DNA of 64,000 bases from positions 36,490 through 100,489 of IMG/VR virus record IMGVR_UViG_3300022894_000002, one strand, 5' to 3'. Position 1 is the first letter of the stretch. Each line of letters opens with the position of its first letter. Below, in pieces: positions 50,078 through 60,152 of the stretch. The position numbers and the translations under genes were made by a program. The notes below the pieces were generated by a model. The model did no database searches. It saw only the letters and a program-made list of their open reading frames with translations, and had not been told where the DNA came from. This DNA is from a virus (taxonomy: Duplodnaviria; Heunggongvirae; Uroviricota; Caudoviricetes; Crassvirales).

Positions 50078-50278
50078 ATGTTAGTATATTTATTTCTTAT
50101 TTTAATGTTTTATTTATATTTTATAAGTATTGATTTAGCAAGAAGAGAAACAAAATTTATTAATGATGAAAAATCTATTAGAATTGAGTATTTAGAAGAT
50201 GAAATTATTAAAGATTTAGATACAGGATTTGAAAAACAAACTTATTATTTAAAAGAAATTGTACTATGGCAAAAATAA
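50078..50278 (+). CDS. Small membrane-anchored protein
   Basis: Hydrophobic N-terminus. Confidence 0.3.
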   Translation: MLVYLFLILMFYLYFISIDLARRETKFINDEKSIRIEYLEDEIIKDLDTGFEKQTYYLKEIVLWQK

Positions 50279-50457
50279 AAACAAGTAAAATTAAAGTAGA
50301 TACTAAACATAAATGTTTAATTTGTTTTGATACTAATCAATACTTTAATGGAGAAGAGTATGTATTATGTACACATGAAAATGTTGATAATTTAGGATTA
50401 ACTCAAGATGAAAAATTAAATGAATATTTAGAAGATGTTGAAGAGGAGGATGTATGA
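50266..50457 (+). CDS. Small zinc-finger-like protein
   Basis: CLICFD...CTHEN. Confidence 0.3.
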   Translation: MAKIKTSKIKVDTKHKCLICFDTNQYFNGEEYVLCTHENVDNLGLTQDEKLNEYLEDVEEEDV

Positions 50458-51047
50458 AAATAACAATTGAAATAAATAATCTAATTAAAAATGATATAAC
50501 ATTAGATGAATATTTTGTGTTATATTGCTTATATAAAAAAGATTATAATTTAATTTTTTCTATTTATAATTGTGAAGAATCTACTAATTTATTAAATGAT
50601 TTAATCAAAGGATTAGAACTAAAAGGATTTTTGAAGAATGTTAAAGGTATTATTAGTCAAATAGGAGATTTAACTTTAGTTTATTTAAAAGTTAAAGGAT
50701 TAGATCTCTTTGAAGAAGATTTAGATAATCCCGATAAATTATTTTTAGAATTCTGGAATTTATATCCTTTAAAAGTACCAGATGGAAGAGGTTCTTCAAG
50801 AATATTAAGATCTAAAGATAGTGAAACTAAACAAGCTAATGAATTAAAGAAGAAATACTTTGCACTAATTAAACAATCTGGTACTCATACTAAAATAATT
50901 AAAGGTTTAAATGGTTATTTAAGTAATATGAGAAATAAGATGCAGTTTGTTGTAGGAATTGAGGTTTTTATAAATCAGGAGCTTTGGGAAAAGTATTTAG
51001 ATGAAGAAGTAATTGAAGAAAATAATGAAAGATATGGAGCAATATAA
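50454..51047 (+). CDS. Hypothetical protein
   Basis: 197-aa ORF. Confidence 0.4.
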   Translation: MKITIEINNLIKNDITLDEYFVLYCLYKKDYNLIFSIYNCEESTNLLNDLIKGLELKGFLKNVKGIISQIGDLTLVYLKVKGLDLFEEDLDNPDKLFLEFWNLYPLKVPDGRGSSRILRSKDSETKQANELKKKYFALIKQSGTHTKIIKGLNGYLSNMRNKMQFVVGIEVFINQELWEKYLDEEVIEENNERYGAI

Positions 51048-51462
51048 AAATTATGGGAAAATTGCATTTGAAAAAGCTTTTATAAAATCAATACCTAATT
51101 TTGATGAAACTAAAATATTCTTTAATCATAAAAAAGATAAAACAGAATTACATTTTATTTGGAATAAAAAATTACATAAATTTCCAATATATAGAGATAG
51201 TTATCATTTAGATCTTTGGAAAAATCATTTTATTGATTTTCTAAATACTGGAGAATTTGATTATAATGGATATTGGAAAATATATACTGGTGAAGATCCT
51301 AATATCGATATAGAGATTGGAGAAGTATTAAAATTTAAATTATGTAATAATTTAGGAAATTATTTTTATGAACATTCAAATGAATTAAGTATTTATTTAG
51401 AAAATTACAGAAAAACAGTAGATAAAGATTGTGGAATTAAATTAGTACCAAAACCTTTATAA
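51013..51462 (+). CDS. Hypothetical protein
   Basis: 149-aa ORF. Confidence 0.4.
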   Translation: MKKIMKDMEQYKNYGKIAFEKAFIKSIPNFDETKIFFNHKKDKTELHFIWNKKLHKFPIYRDSYHLDLWKNHFIDFLNTGEFDYNGYWKIYTGEDPNIDIEIGEVLKFKLCNNLGNYFYEHSNELSIYLENYRKTVDKDCGIKLVPKPL

Positions 51463-52508
51463 TGAATGATTTACAAGAAAGAATTAAAGCTGGTTTAGAT
51501 GGTAAATTTAAAGGATTAGCTAATGGGTTTAAAAGATTAAACAATTATATTTTTGGAGTTCAAAGAGGTATTATTACTTTAATTGGTGGTAGTTCTGGAA
51601 CAGGTAAATCCACATTATTAGATTTTATAGTACAACATGCTATTCAAGATGCAGAAGCTAAAGGTATTACTTTAAATGTTTTTTACAACTCATTTGAGAT
51701 TGATAAAATGACTAAAAAATGTAATTGGTTATCTGTTCAAATATTTAATAAATATGGTATAATTGTTCCACCAGAAAAGATAAAAGGTTTTGGTGATAAT
51801 AGATTAACTGAAAAAGAACAAGAATTAGTTAATGCTGAAATACCAGAAGTTAATAGGATATTTGATAAAATTAATTGGAATTTTAAACCAGAAAATCCAA
51901 CAGGACTATATAATTCTTGTTGGAAACACATGGAAAAAAGAGGAAAATTTATTAAAGAAGATTATATTGATGTAGATGGTAAAACTAAACAAAAAATTAC
52001 AGGATTTATAAATAATAATCCTGATGAATATAATTGGATGGTAACAGATCATCTTTATTTGTGTAAGAAAGAAAGATCATTCAATGTCAAACAAAATATA
52101 GATAAGCTTTCAGAATATCAAGTAGATTTAGCAAGATTATTCAATTTTACTTTTACAAATTTACAACAATTTAATCAAGGTTTATCTTCAACAGAAAGAG
52201 CTAAGTTTAAAGGAGTTGATCTTTCACCTTCTCAAGGAGATTTTAGAGATTCTACTAACCCATTTTCAGATAGTGATATTTGTATAGGTTTAATGAATCC
52301 TTACAAACTAGATATGGATACTTGTTTAGGTTATGATTTAAAAAAACTTAAAGATAGATTTATCTTATTAAAGATTTGTAAAAATAGATTATCTTCAGAT
52401 AATATTAGTATAGGATTATTAAGTACTTTTGCTGCTGGTTATTTAGAAGAACTTCCACATGCTAAAGATATGACAATTAAAGATTATGAAAAATATATAA
52501 ATAAATAA
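51462..52508 (+). CDS. DnaB/gp4-like replicative helicase (RecA-fold P-loop ATPase)
   Basis: Walker A LIGGSSGTGKSTLL. 348 aa, within the replication module. Confidence 0.5.
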   Translation: MNDLQERIKAGLDGKFKGLANGFKRLNNYIFGVQRGIITLIGGSSGTGKSTLLDFIVQHAIQDAEAKGITLNVFYNSFEIDKMTKKCNWLSVQIFNKYGIIVPPEKIKGFGDNRLTEKEQELVNAEIPEVNRIFDKINWNFKPENPTGLYNSCWKHMEKRGKFIKEDYIDVDGKTKQKITGFINNNPDEYNWMVTDHLYLCKKERSFNVKQNIDKLSEYQVDLARLFNFTFTNLQQFNQGLSSTERAKFKGVDLSPSQGDFRDSTNPFSDSDICIGLMNPYKLDMDTCLGYDLKKLKDRFILLKICKNRLSSDNISIGLLSTFAAGYLEELPHAKDMTIKDYEKYINK

Positions 52509-52510
52509 AT

Positions 52511-52837
52511 ATGAATCAAGAACAAACAAGTGAACAAAAGATTAATTTATTACTAAATGTAATAAATACAACAATTAAAATTCCTAAACTTACAGAAGTA
52601 ATTGTAGGTTCAGGTAAAGATAAACATGTAGAACATAAAGCTACAGGTAATATTGAAATTAGTTTATTGAATAATGAAGAAGTTCAAACATTAAAAAATG
52701 TAGTTGTTACAGAATTAATGATTTTATTTCCTCAATTGAAACCAGCTCCTCAACCAGTAGCTGAAGTTAATCCTAATCAGACTGTATTACCTTTAGAAGA
52801 AAAACAAGAAAATGTTGAAACTGAAGTAAAAGCTTAA
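52511..52837 (+). CDS. Hypothetical protein
   Basis: 108-aa ORF. Confidence 0.35.
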   Translation: MNQEQTSEQKINLLLNVINTTIKIPKLTEVIVGSGKDKHVEHKATGNIEISLLNNEEVQTLKNVVVTELMILFPQLKPAPQPVAEVNPNQTVLPLEEKQENVETEVKA

Positions 52838-52839
52838 CT

Positions 52840-53484
52840 ATGGTAAGAGATTATTATAAAGTTCTTTTAGTAGGACAATCAGGAAGAGGTAAAACTTATT
52901 CTTTTAGAAATATGAATCCTGCAACAACAGGATTTATAAATGGTGAGGATAAACCTTTACCATTCAAAAATAAATTTAAGTATCATTCAAGACCTAAAAC
53001 AGTAGTTGAATTTAAAGCTGTATTAAAAGAGTATGCTGATAATAAAGATATTGATGCTATTTGTATAGATAGTTTATCTTCTTATATGGATTTATTATTA
53101 TCAGAATGTAGAGCTACTAAAAAAGGTTTTGAGATTTGGGGAATGTATAATGAAGAAATTGGTAAGTTTTTAAACTTTATTAAAAGTATTCAAAAAGAAG
53201 TATTTATTACAGCTCATTATGAAATTTTAGGTATTGAAGGTAATCAAGAAAAAAGAGTTAAAGTTAAAGGAAAAGAATGGGAAGGAGTTGTTGAAAAAGA
53301 ATTTACAGTAGTTTTATATGCAGATAATAAATTTAATGATAAAAAGTTACCTGAATATTATTTAAATGCTGTACAAGAAGATACTTCAGCTAAATGTCCT
53401 CCAGATCTTTTAGGAGAAGGAATAATTAAAATAGATAATGATTGTCAAAAAGTATTTGATAAGATATTAGAATTTGTAAAATAA
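52840..53484 (+). CDS. Sak4/RecA-like small P-loop ATPase (recombination)
   Basis: Walker A LLVGQSGRGKTYSF near the N-terminus. Walker B ICIDSLSSY. Its 214 aa is typical of phage Sak4. Confidence 0.45.
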   Translation: MVRDYYKVLLVGQSGRGKTYSFRNMNPATTGFINGEDKPLPFKNKFKYHSRPKTVVEFKAVLKEYADNKDIDAICIDSLSSYMDLLLSECRATKKGFEIWGMYNEEIGKFLNFIKSIQKEVFITAHYEILGIEGNQEKRVKVKGKEWEGVVEKEFTVVLYADNKFNDKKLPEYYLNAVQEDTSAKCPPDLLGEGIIKIDNDCQKVFDKILEFVK

Positions 53485-53502
53485 AAATAAATATATAACA
53501 AG

Positions 53503-54327
53503 ATGCAAGCAAAAAAACAAGAAGAAGTAAAAGCAGTACAAAGATTCACAGGATTGTGTTCTTTTCAAGTAGTAGCAGTTAATCCTACATTAGAAGATTT
53601 AAATGCTTTAGGAGCAACTTATATTCAACAAGAACCAGTTTATACAAGTGATAAAGGTTTAAGATTAGATTTTTGGTTAGAAAATAAAATTGGTCAAACT
53701 TATGTTGATGGAGATGGTAATAAACAAAACTCTGGTCCATTATTAATTAAAACAAGTATTTTCCTTGAAAATGCTAATAAAGTAGCTGGTACAGGTAAAG
53801 TAAGATTTATCAATGATTATCTTCAAAATTCATGGGCTAATGAAGTAAATGATATTTATGAAAATGCTAATATGAGTTGGTTTAGTCAAAATCATAATAC
53901 AAGAGCTGCTAAAGTTGGAGAATTAGAATTATTAACTTTCTTTCAAAAATTATTAGGTCTTTCTTTAGGTATTAAAGGAAAAAATCCAGATGAAGTTAAA
54001 TTTAATACTTCTTGGTCAAGTATTGTTGGAGGTAATTTAACTGAATTAAGAGGTTATATCAGAGATGCTATTAAAGCAGGTAATGGTCTTACTTTCTGTT
54101 TAGGAGTTAAATCTTCTGAAGATGGTAAAACATATCAAACTGTTTATATGGATTATATTCAATCAGCAGCTAATAAAACTACTAAATTTATGCAAAATGC
54201 TTTAACTGAAAGAACTCCAACAAATTTTGATTATCAAAATAGTTTAGAATTTAAATTATATACAGGAACAAGTACTTCTAGTACTCCAACTCCTGATAGT
54301 TCTAAAAAAGAAGAAGCAGCATTTTAA
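53503..54327 (+). CDS. Possible ssDNA-binding / annealing protein
   Basis: Follows the Sak4-like gene. C-terminal S/T-rich tail ends ...KKEEAAF, an SSB-like acidic tail with terminal Phe. Weak evidence. Confidence 0.3.
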   Translation: MQAKKQEEVKAVQRFTGLCSFQVVAVNPTLEDLNALGATYIQQEPVYTSDKGLRLDFWLENKIGQTYVDGDGNKQNSGPLLIKTSIFLENANKVAGTGKVRFINDYLQNSWANEVNDIYENANMSWFSQNHNTRAAKVGELELLTFFQKLLGLSLGIKGKNPDEVKFNTSWSSIVGGNLTELRGYIRDAIKAGNGLTFCLGVKSSEDGKTYQTVYMDYIQSAANKTTKFMQNALTERTPTNFDYQNSLEFKLYTGTSTSSTPTPDSSKKEEAAF

Positions 54328-54394
54328 TAATTTTTCATTTTAGTTGTTTATCCTCTCTTACTGAGCTTCAGTAAGGGAGGATTTTATTTATTTT

Positions 54395-55366
54395 ATGCAA
54401 GTTAAATTACATATTACAAAAGAAGAGATATTAAGTAAAATATCAGAAGAAGATATATTCAGAAGATATACTGAATTTGAAGAAATAAACAAAAAGTTTA
54501 AAACTCCATTTGGTGATGAAAGAACTCCTAGTTGCATAGTATATCCTAATATGTTTTTTATTTGTTTTTCTTCTAATAAAAAAGGAAGTTGTTTTGATTT
54601 AGTTATGATGAAGTATAGTTGTACTTTTCAAGAAAGTTTATTAATGATAGCTAATGACTTTAATATTAAATCTAATTCTTTAGAACTTAGTCCTATAATA
54701 TTTGGTATTAAACCTAAAGTATATGTAAGTAAACAAACTGAGATAAAAATTAAATCTAAAGAATATACTCAAAAAGGATTAGATTATTGGAAACAATATT
54801 TAATTAGTAAATATACTCTTGATAAATATCAAATAAAACAACTTGAATATTACTGGATAACTGATAAAGAAGGGATATTAAAACAGTATAAACTTTATAA
54901 AAATGAAATAGGATTTGGTTATGATTTCAATAATTATAAGTATCAATTATTATTTCCTGATAAACCAAAAGAATATAAATGGAAAAGTAATACTGGAATA
55001 ACTGATATACAAGGTTATTATCAATTACCTAAATCAGGAGATAAATTAATTATAACTTCTTCATTAAAAGATGTTGCTTGTTTAAATGAGAATTATCAAT
55101 TAACTTGTATAGCTGCTAAATCAGAATCAACTATTATTCCTGAGATAATAATAGAACATTTAAAATTAAGATTTAAAGAAATAATAGTTTATCTCAATAA
55201 TGATTTAGCTGGTATAAATGCAAGTAAGCAGTATGAAGAAAAATATAATTTAAAATGGATTGTTAATCCTTTAGAATTAAGTAAAGATCCTAGTGATTGT
55301 ATGAAAAATAAACAGAAAAATAAATTAACTGAATTTTTATTAATTAATAATGTCATTAGAATTTAA
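54395..55366 (+). CDS. Possible DnaG-like primase (degenerate zinc-binding motif)
   Basis: KTPFGDERTPSCIVYPN...FICFSSNKKGSCFDLV resembles the primase CHC2 zinc-binding region (CPFHDEKTPSF...HCFGCG) with substitutions. Confidence 0.3.
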   Translation: MQVKLHITKEEILSKISEEDIFRRYTEFEEINKKFKTPFGDERTPSCIVYPNMFFICFSSNKKGSCFDLVMMKYSCTFQESLLMIANDFNIKSNSLELSPIIFGIKPKVYVSKQTEIKIKSKEYTQKGLDYWKQYLISKYTLDKYQIKQLEYYWITDKEGILKQYKLYKNEIGFGYDFNNYKYQLLFPDKPKEYKWKSNTGITDIQGYYQLPKSGDKLIITSSLKDVACLNENYQLTCIAAKSESTIIPEIIIEHLKLRFKEIIVYLNNDLAGINASKQYEEKYNLKWIVNPLELSKDPSDCMKNKQKNKLTEFLLINNVIRI

Positions 55367-56441
55367 AGATTTAGTAGAAGGAAAAATTTATACTTATGAA
55401 TCTGATAATTCATATATATTTAAGTATGGAAAAAGAAAGAATGGTACTATTGGTTATGACTATTATATAAATATTGGCAATTCTTATTATTACAAACTTA
55501 ATGGAGATGCTGATAATGGAAGAGATTTATCAAAAACTAGAGTAGCCACTTTTGAAGAAGAACATTGGTTAAATGAATGTATAAAATTAAATAAATTTAT
55601 AAGAAAAGAAGAAGCTTTAAAAACATTTAAATATAGTAATATAAAAAATGAAGAATTTACAGTGAAAAAAATAAAAGAAATATTAGAAGGAATATATAAA
55701 GATAGTGAATTAAGAAAAACTTGTATTCCTTTATTTATAGGTAACCCAGGGCTGGGAAAAAGTGTTATTATACATAATTTTGCTAAAGAAAAAGGTGTAA
55801 ATGTTGTAGAGATGATTGGAAGTACTTTAATGCCTCATGAAATTAGTGGTATATGTATTCCAGATCAAGAAACTAAAATGATGTCATACTTTGATTATGA
55901 TAGATTATTAAGTATGAAAGATGGAGATATATTATTTCTTGATGAATTATTAAATACCAATCCAATGGTATTAAATGCTTTTCTTACTTTATTAACTACA
56001 AGAAGAATGATTAGTGGTAAAAAATTACCTGATATTATGATTGTTGCAGCAGCTAATAAACAAGGAGCAAGCATGTTAACTCCTCAAATTAAGGAAAGAT
56101 TCATATTTTATAATGTATCTTTTGATCCTAATATGTGGGCTAATTATATGTATGAAAAATATTTAGTAATTGATTCAGTTTTAGCAGATTTAATAACTAT
56201 TATTCAAAATGAAAATTTCTTAACTTCAGAAACAAATTATCTTAGTCCAAGAAGTATAGATAAAGCAATTGATATGATTATTAAAGGTGTAGAAACTCCT
56301 TATGAAACTAAATTATTACCTATTTTAAATAAGATTGTTGAAAATACTACTGGAGAAGATATACCTTATGGAGATGGTAAAGTATGGAAATCTAATGAAA
56401 AAATATCTTGGTTAAAATTAAAAATTAAAATAAATGAATAA
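55350..56441 (+). CDS. AAA+ ATPase, MoxR/CobS-like
   Basis: Walker A FIGNPGLGKSVII. Walker B ILFLDELLNTNP. Confidence 0.6.
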   Translation: MSLEFKDLVEGKIYTYESDNSYIFKYGKRKNGTIGYDYYINIGNSYYYKLNGDADNGRDLSKTRVATFEEEHWLNECIKLNKFIRKEEALKTFKYSNIKNEEFTVKKIKEILEGIYKDSELRKTCIPLFIGNPGLGKSVIIHNFAKEKGVNVVEMIGSTLMPHEISGICIPDQETKMMSYFDYDRLLSMKDGDILFLDELLNTNPMVLNAFLTLLTTRRMISGKKLPDIMIVAAANKQGASMLTPQIKERFIFYNVSFDPNMWANYMYEKYLVIDSVLADLITIIQNENFLTSETNYLSPRSIDKAIDMIIKGVETPYETKLLPILNKIVENTTGEDIPYGDGKVWKSNEKISWLKLKIKINE

Positions 56442-57466
56442 TGATAAAATTAATTCAAAGTAGTAGATTAAAGTTACCTATTGTGTATCTAGTTGAAACT
56501 CAAAAAGAGCTTCAAAGTTTACCTTTAGGTATTCCATTCATCAGAGCTAAATTGTCAGAATATGATAATTGTGTGCAGATGCTTGAATTTGAAGTACTAT
56601 GGAAAAGTATGAAAGAAAGTAAATTTACTTTCAAATGGGCTGAAATATTAGCTAAAAATGGTTTTGTTAATACCTGGAAATATGGTATTGCCAGATCATC
56701 AGGTTGTCCTGAAGTAACTACATCTGATAAAGATTGGAGAGATTCAGGTAAAGTTAATAAAGTAGATGGTAAATTTAATAATGAAACAGGAATGATGGGT
56801 GTTTCTACTTTTTTAAACGATATATCTTATAAAGTAGATATTGAAGTAATAAAAGAATTAAAACTTATTCCTAGTTGGTTAATGGATATTGAACAAGCTA
56901 TTAGTGAAAATATCTTAAATAGTGTAACTTATAATCCAGCTTTATATACTAAAAAATTAGATTTACCTTTGGGTGGAATAGAATTTAATACTGCTGAAAA
57001 AAATGTAGTTATTATTGATATTTCTGGAAGTATTCCTCCTAGTATATCTGGAACCATGATTACTATCGCTAAAACATTATCTGAACAATTTTTTGCTGAT
57101 GTAGTTATTACTGGATCTATTAGTGTTTTATATGAATATGACCAAATAGATTCTTTAGATGCTAAAGTAGTTTATAAAAAAGTTGGAAGTAATAATGATC
57201 AAGCTTATTTTATAAAATTATTATCTGAACCTAGAAAATATAAAACAGCTATAGTTTTTGGAGATGAAGATAGTCCAGGTTATAGATGGAATTATAGCAC
57301 TGATAAAACTATTTCAGATGAAGATGGTAAGAAATTATGTAAATGGGAAGTAAAAGAAATTATATCTTTTCATACACATAATCATAAAAAGATTGCAGCT
57401 TATGGTCGTTGGTTTAATACAACAAATGTAACTCATATTGATAATTGGGTTCACGATGTAAAATAG
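56441..57466 (+). CDS. von Willebrand factor A (VWA) domain protein, partner of the AAA+ ATPase
   Basis: MIDAS motif VVIIDISGSIPPS (DxSxS), immediately downstream of the MoxR-like gene. The MoxR-VWA / CobS-CobT pairing is an established association. Confidence 0.55.
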   Translation: MIKLIQSSRLKLPIVYLVETQKELQSLPLGIPFIRAKLSEYDNCVQMLEFEVLWKSMKESKFTFKWAEILAKNGFVNTWKYGIARSSGCPEVTTSDKDWRDSGKVNKVDGKFNNETGMMGVSTFLNDISYKVDIEVIKELKLIPSWLMDIEQAISENILNSVTYNPALYTKKLDLPLGGIEFNTAEKNVVIIDISGSIPPSISGTMITIAKTLSEQFFADVVITGSISVLYEYDQIDSLDAKVVYKKVGSNNDQAYFIKLLSEPRKYKTAIVFGDEDSPGYRWNYSTDKTISDEDGKKLCKWEVKEIISFHTHNHKKIAAYGRWFNTTNVTHIDNWVHDVK

Positions 57467-57509
57467 ATTACAAATTAAAATAAATTAATAATTAATAAAA
57501 ACAAAAAAC

Positions 57510-58004
57510 ATGAAATTTTTAAAACAAAGTCAAATTGAATTAACACCAAGTGGTCATTTATCAGTTAGTGGAGGAGAAATGAATCCTATTAGCCATGAAG
57601 GATTTGTAGCAGCTCAAACACAAGCTCATTATTTAGTTACTTTAGCTAGTAATTTAAAAGGTAAAACTTTTAAAGCTCCTAAAGTAGATAATTTTAATGA
57701 TATTGTTACTGAAACAGTAAATCAGATTAATAGTGCTGATGTAGTTAAGTATGCTACTGAACCTACTAAACCTGAAATGAAGTTGAAGAACCAATTAGCT
57801 GAGGAAGCTATGGCTTGGATTAATTTTAATAAAGATTCTTCTGAAACTGATAAAGTTAATCAAGCAATGCAACAATTTAATGTACTTAAAGATTTTGAAG
57901 AGTTTGGATTATTCTTTAGTGAAGGTATTGTTAGGTTAAATAAAATCTATACAATAGCTGAAATTTTAGAAGCTGTTAAAGCAATTCAACCACATTTGAA
58001 TTAA
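57510..58004 (+). CDS. Hypothetical protein
   Basis: 164-aa ORF. Confidence 0.4.
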   Translation: MKFLKQSQIELTPSGHLSVSGGEMNPISHEGFVAAQTQAHYLVTLASNLKGKTFKAPKVDNFNDIVTETVNQINSADVVKYATEPTKPEMKLKNQLAEEAMAWINFNKDSSETDKVNQAMQQFNVLKDFEEFGLFFSEGIVRLNKIYTIAEILEAVKAIQPHLN

Positions 58005-58106
58005 TTTAAATAAAATTAGGTGCTTACTACTATTCTAGATAGTTGTTTGAAAGTAAGTTAAATGGTAAACTTTCCATAATATTCAGCCTAATTTTTAAAA
58101 TAATAA

Positions 58107-58847
58107 TTAAATAATTGTATCTTTAATATCTTGTAGTATGGATATATTAAAACATTCAGTTTCGCCACCAAATGAAATTAATGGTTTATAAGAATATTGT
58201 TTATATTGTTTTTGTAATTCAATTTCTTTATCATATATAAAATCAGGAGAACCTTTAATTTCTTTAATAATTTCATAAGAATAAGGTATAATAGATTTAT
58301 GTCTAAATCTGAATTTTATTGTATTTTTAGTTCTACCTATTTTAATAAATTCTTCAGTTTCATTAAAACAACGAATTATATATACTAAAGGTGTACAAGA
58401 TTTTTTATTACAAACATTTATCCATTCAGTTTTTCTCCAAGCTCCCCCTCTTGTACACTTAGAACATCCACTGCCTCTAATATGGCAATGAGGTGTTTGT
58501 AAAAAATCTCCATGAATATCACATGTTATAGAAATTTCAGTTTCAGTATTTTTGTATATAACATTATCATAAGAATATCTATCTCCATGAATTTCTTTTG
58601 CAGTGTTTAAAAATTGCTCTAAATTATATGTATGATTATTTCTTGTTCTAATTCTACCACATTTTTGACATGTAGTTTTACTTAAAAGATGATGATGTGG
58701 AGAAACTTTAAATTCTCCATGTATTTTACAAATAATAATTACTTTTGTTTCATAATTTTTGTAAATTACTTTACTGTAATCATATACAAAATTATGTATA
58801 ATATTGGCTCTATTAATAAATTCTTCTTGAGTTAATTTTTTAGGCAT
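58107..58847 (-). CDS. Homing-endonuclease-like protein (tandem zinc-ribbon repeats plus a T5orf172/GIY-YIG-like domain)
   Basis: Two repeats of Y.Y..VIYKN.ETK..I.C.IHG.F...PH.H.....C.KC. C-terminal LVYIIRCFNETEEFIKIGRTKNTIKFRF. It is on the opposite strand inside the plus-strand replication module. Confidence 0.5.
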   Translation of the reverse strand: MPKKLTQEEFINRANIIHNFVYDYSKVIYKNYETKVIIICKIHGEFKVSPHHHLLSKTTCQKCGRIRTRNNHTYNLEQFLNTAKEIHGDRYSYDNVIYKNTETEISITCDIHGDFLQTPHCHIRGSGCSKCTRGGAWRKTEWINVCNKKSCTPLVYIIRCFNETEEFIKIGRTKNTIKFRFRHKSIIPYSYEIIKEIKGSPDFIYDKEIELQKQYKQYSYKPLISFGGETECFNISILQDIKDTII

Positions 58848-58914
58848 ATAATAAATTTAAAGTACAAATATACAAAAAATAAATTAAATAAACAAATAAA
58901 AAATAATAAATAAA

Positions 58915-59667
58915 GTGAAAGAACAACAATTAAAATTAATTGAATATTTAAAAAATTTAGAAGTTGATGGATGTATTACAGGCTCGGCATTATTGGGTCA
59001 GTATTTTCCTGGAGCAGATGTGGATTTTTTCTGTTATTCAGATAAAGCATTTATTAAAATGTTTTATCAATTATATCATGATCCTAAATTTCAAATTTTA
59101 AGCAAATTAGAAGCTTGGAAAGCAGATCAATTTATGAATTCAGAAAGTAAAGATTTTAAATTTGGAATACAAACTATAAAATTTACTTATAATACTTGTA
59201 TTGAATTAAATATAATTAGAAAAGTTAAATGTAATAATGCTTTTTCTGTTATAAGTAGTTTTGATATGGATATAGTAGCAAAAGCATGGGATAATTCTTC
59301 TAAGCAATATCTAGATTTAAGTGGTGATTCACATAAAACTAATATTGCAAATATCAATAAATGGAATCCTAAATATAATAGTAATGAGATTTGGGATATA
59401 TCAAGAATATTAAGACAATTTGAACGTGTATGTAAATATTATAAAAGAGGTTATGACACAGACAATGTTGCTAAAGAATATTTAAAAATAATTGATAGAT
59501 TACAAGAATATCAATCAGTATTTTCTTCTGAAACATTTAATGATAAATTACAATTATTAAAAGATAATACAATAATTATTAAACAAATAATTGAAGTTTG
59601 GTTAAAAAATCATGAAATTTCAGACAAAGAATTAGAATTATTACAACAAAAAATAAAAGAATTATAA
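58915..59667 (+). CDS. Pol-beta-superfamily nucleotidyltransferase (minimal NTase, possibly CCA-adding/tRNA-NTase-like)
   Basis: GCITGSALLGQYFPGADVDFF carries the G[SG]x9-13DxD signature. The ALLG..DxD block resembles GGAVRDALLG...DRD of class II CCA-adding enzymes. Confidence 0.4.
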   Translation: MKEQQLKLIEYLKNLEVDGCITGSALLGQYFPGADVDFFCYSDKAFIKMFYQLYHDPKFQILSKLEAWKADQFMNSESKDFKFGIQTIKFTYNTCIELNIIRKVKCNNAFSVISSFDMDIVAKAWDNSSKQYLDLSGDSHKTNIANINKWNPKYNSNEIWDISRILRQFERVCKYYKRGYDTDNVAKEYLKIIDRLQEYQSVFSSETFNDKLQLLKDNTIIIKQIIEVWLKNHEISDKELELLQQKIKEL

Positions 59668-59885
59668 TGGCAAAAAGTATAGAAGAATTATTACAAAGTA
59701 TGCAAACTAGGTATAAACCTAAAGAACCAATAGATATTTCAAGTAGAAAATTACCTAATAATAAAAATACTTGGGAAAGAATTGGTTTAAGAGATAGTTT
59801 TGAAGAATTAGGTTTTACTGATTCATCAGAGAAAGATCAATTTTTACAAGAATGGATAGAGTCTAATCCTTATAATAATATTTAA
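59667..59885 (+). CDS. Hypothetical protein
   Basis: 72-aa ORF. Confidence 0.3.
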   Translation: MAKSIEELLQSMQTRYKPKEPIDISSRKLPNNKNTWERIGLRDSFEELGFTDSSEKDQFLQEWIESNPYNNI

Positions 59886-59886
59886 T

Positions 59887-60150
59887 ATGAAAGAAAAAAT
59901 AGAAAAATTTATAAAGGATAATAAATTAGATTTAACTGGTTCAGGAAGTGAATTAAATTCTGTTTGTACTATATTATCTGGATATGCTTTACATTTAGGT
60001 ATTGATATGGTTGATTTACTTAATATCATTGATGGAATTGAACCTGCATTTAATTTTGCAGAATTAGAAAGAGTTTTTAAATTTGCTAAAGAAGCTAATT
60101 ATGGTGATTGGTGGTCAAAACCAAAAAATAGAAAAATGTATAAGTTTTAA
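59887..60150 (+). CDS. Hypothetical protein
   Basis: 87-aa ORF. Confidence 0.35.
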   Translation: MKEKIEKFIKDNKLDLTGSGSELNSVCTILSGYALHLGIDMVDLLNIIDGIEPAFNFAELERVFKFAKEANYGDWWSKPKNRKMYKF

Positions 60151-60152
60151 AT

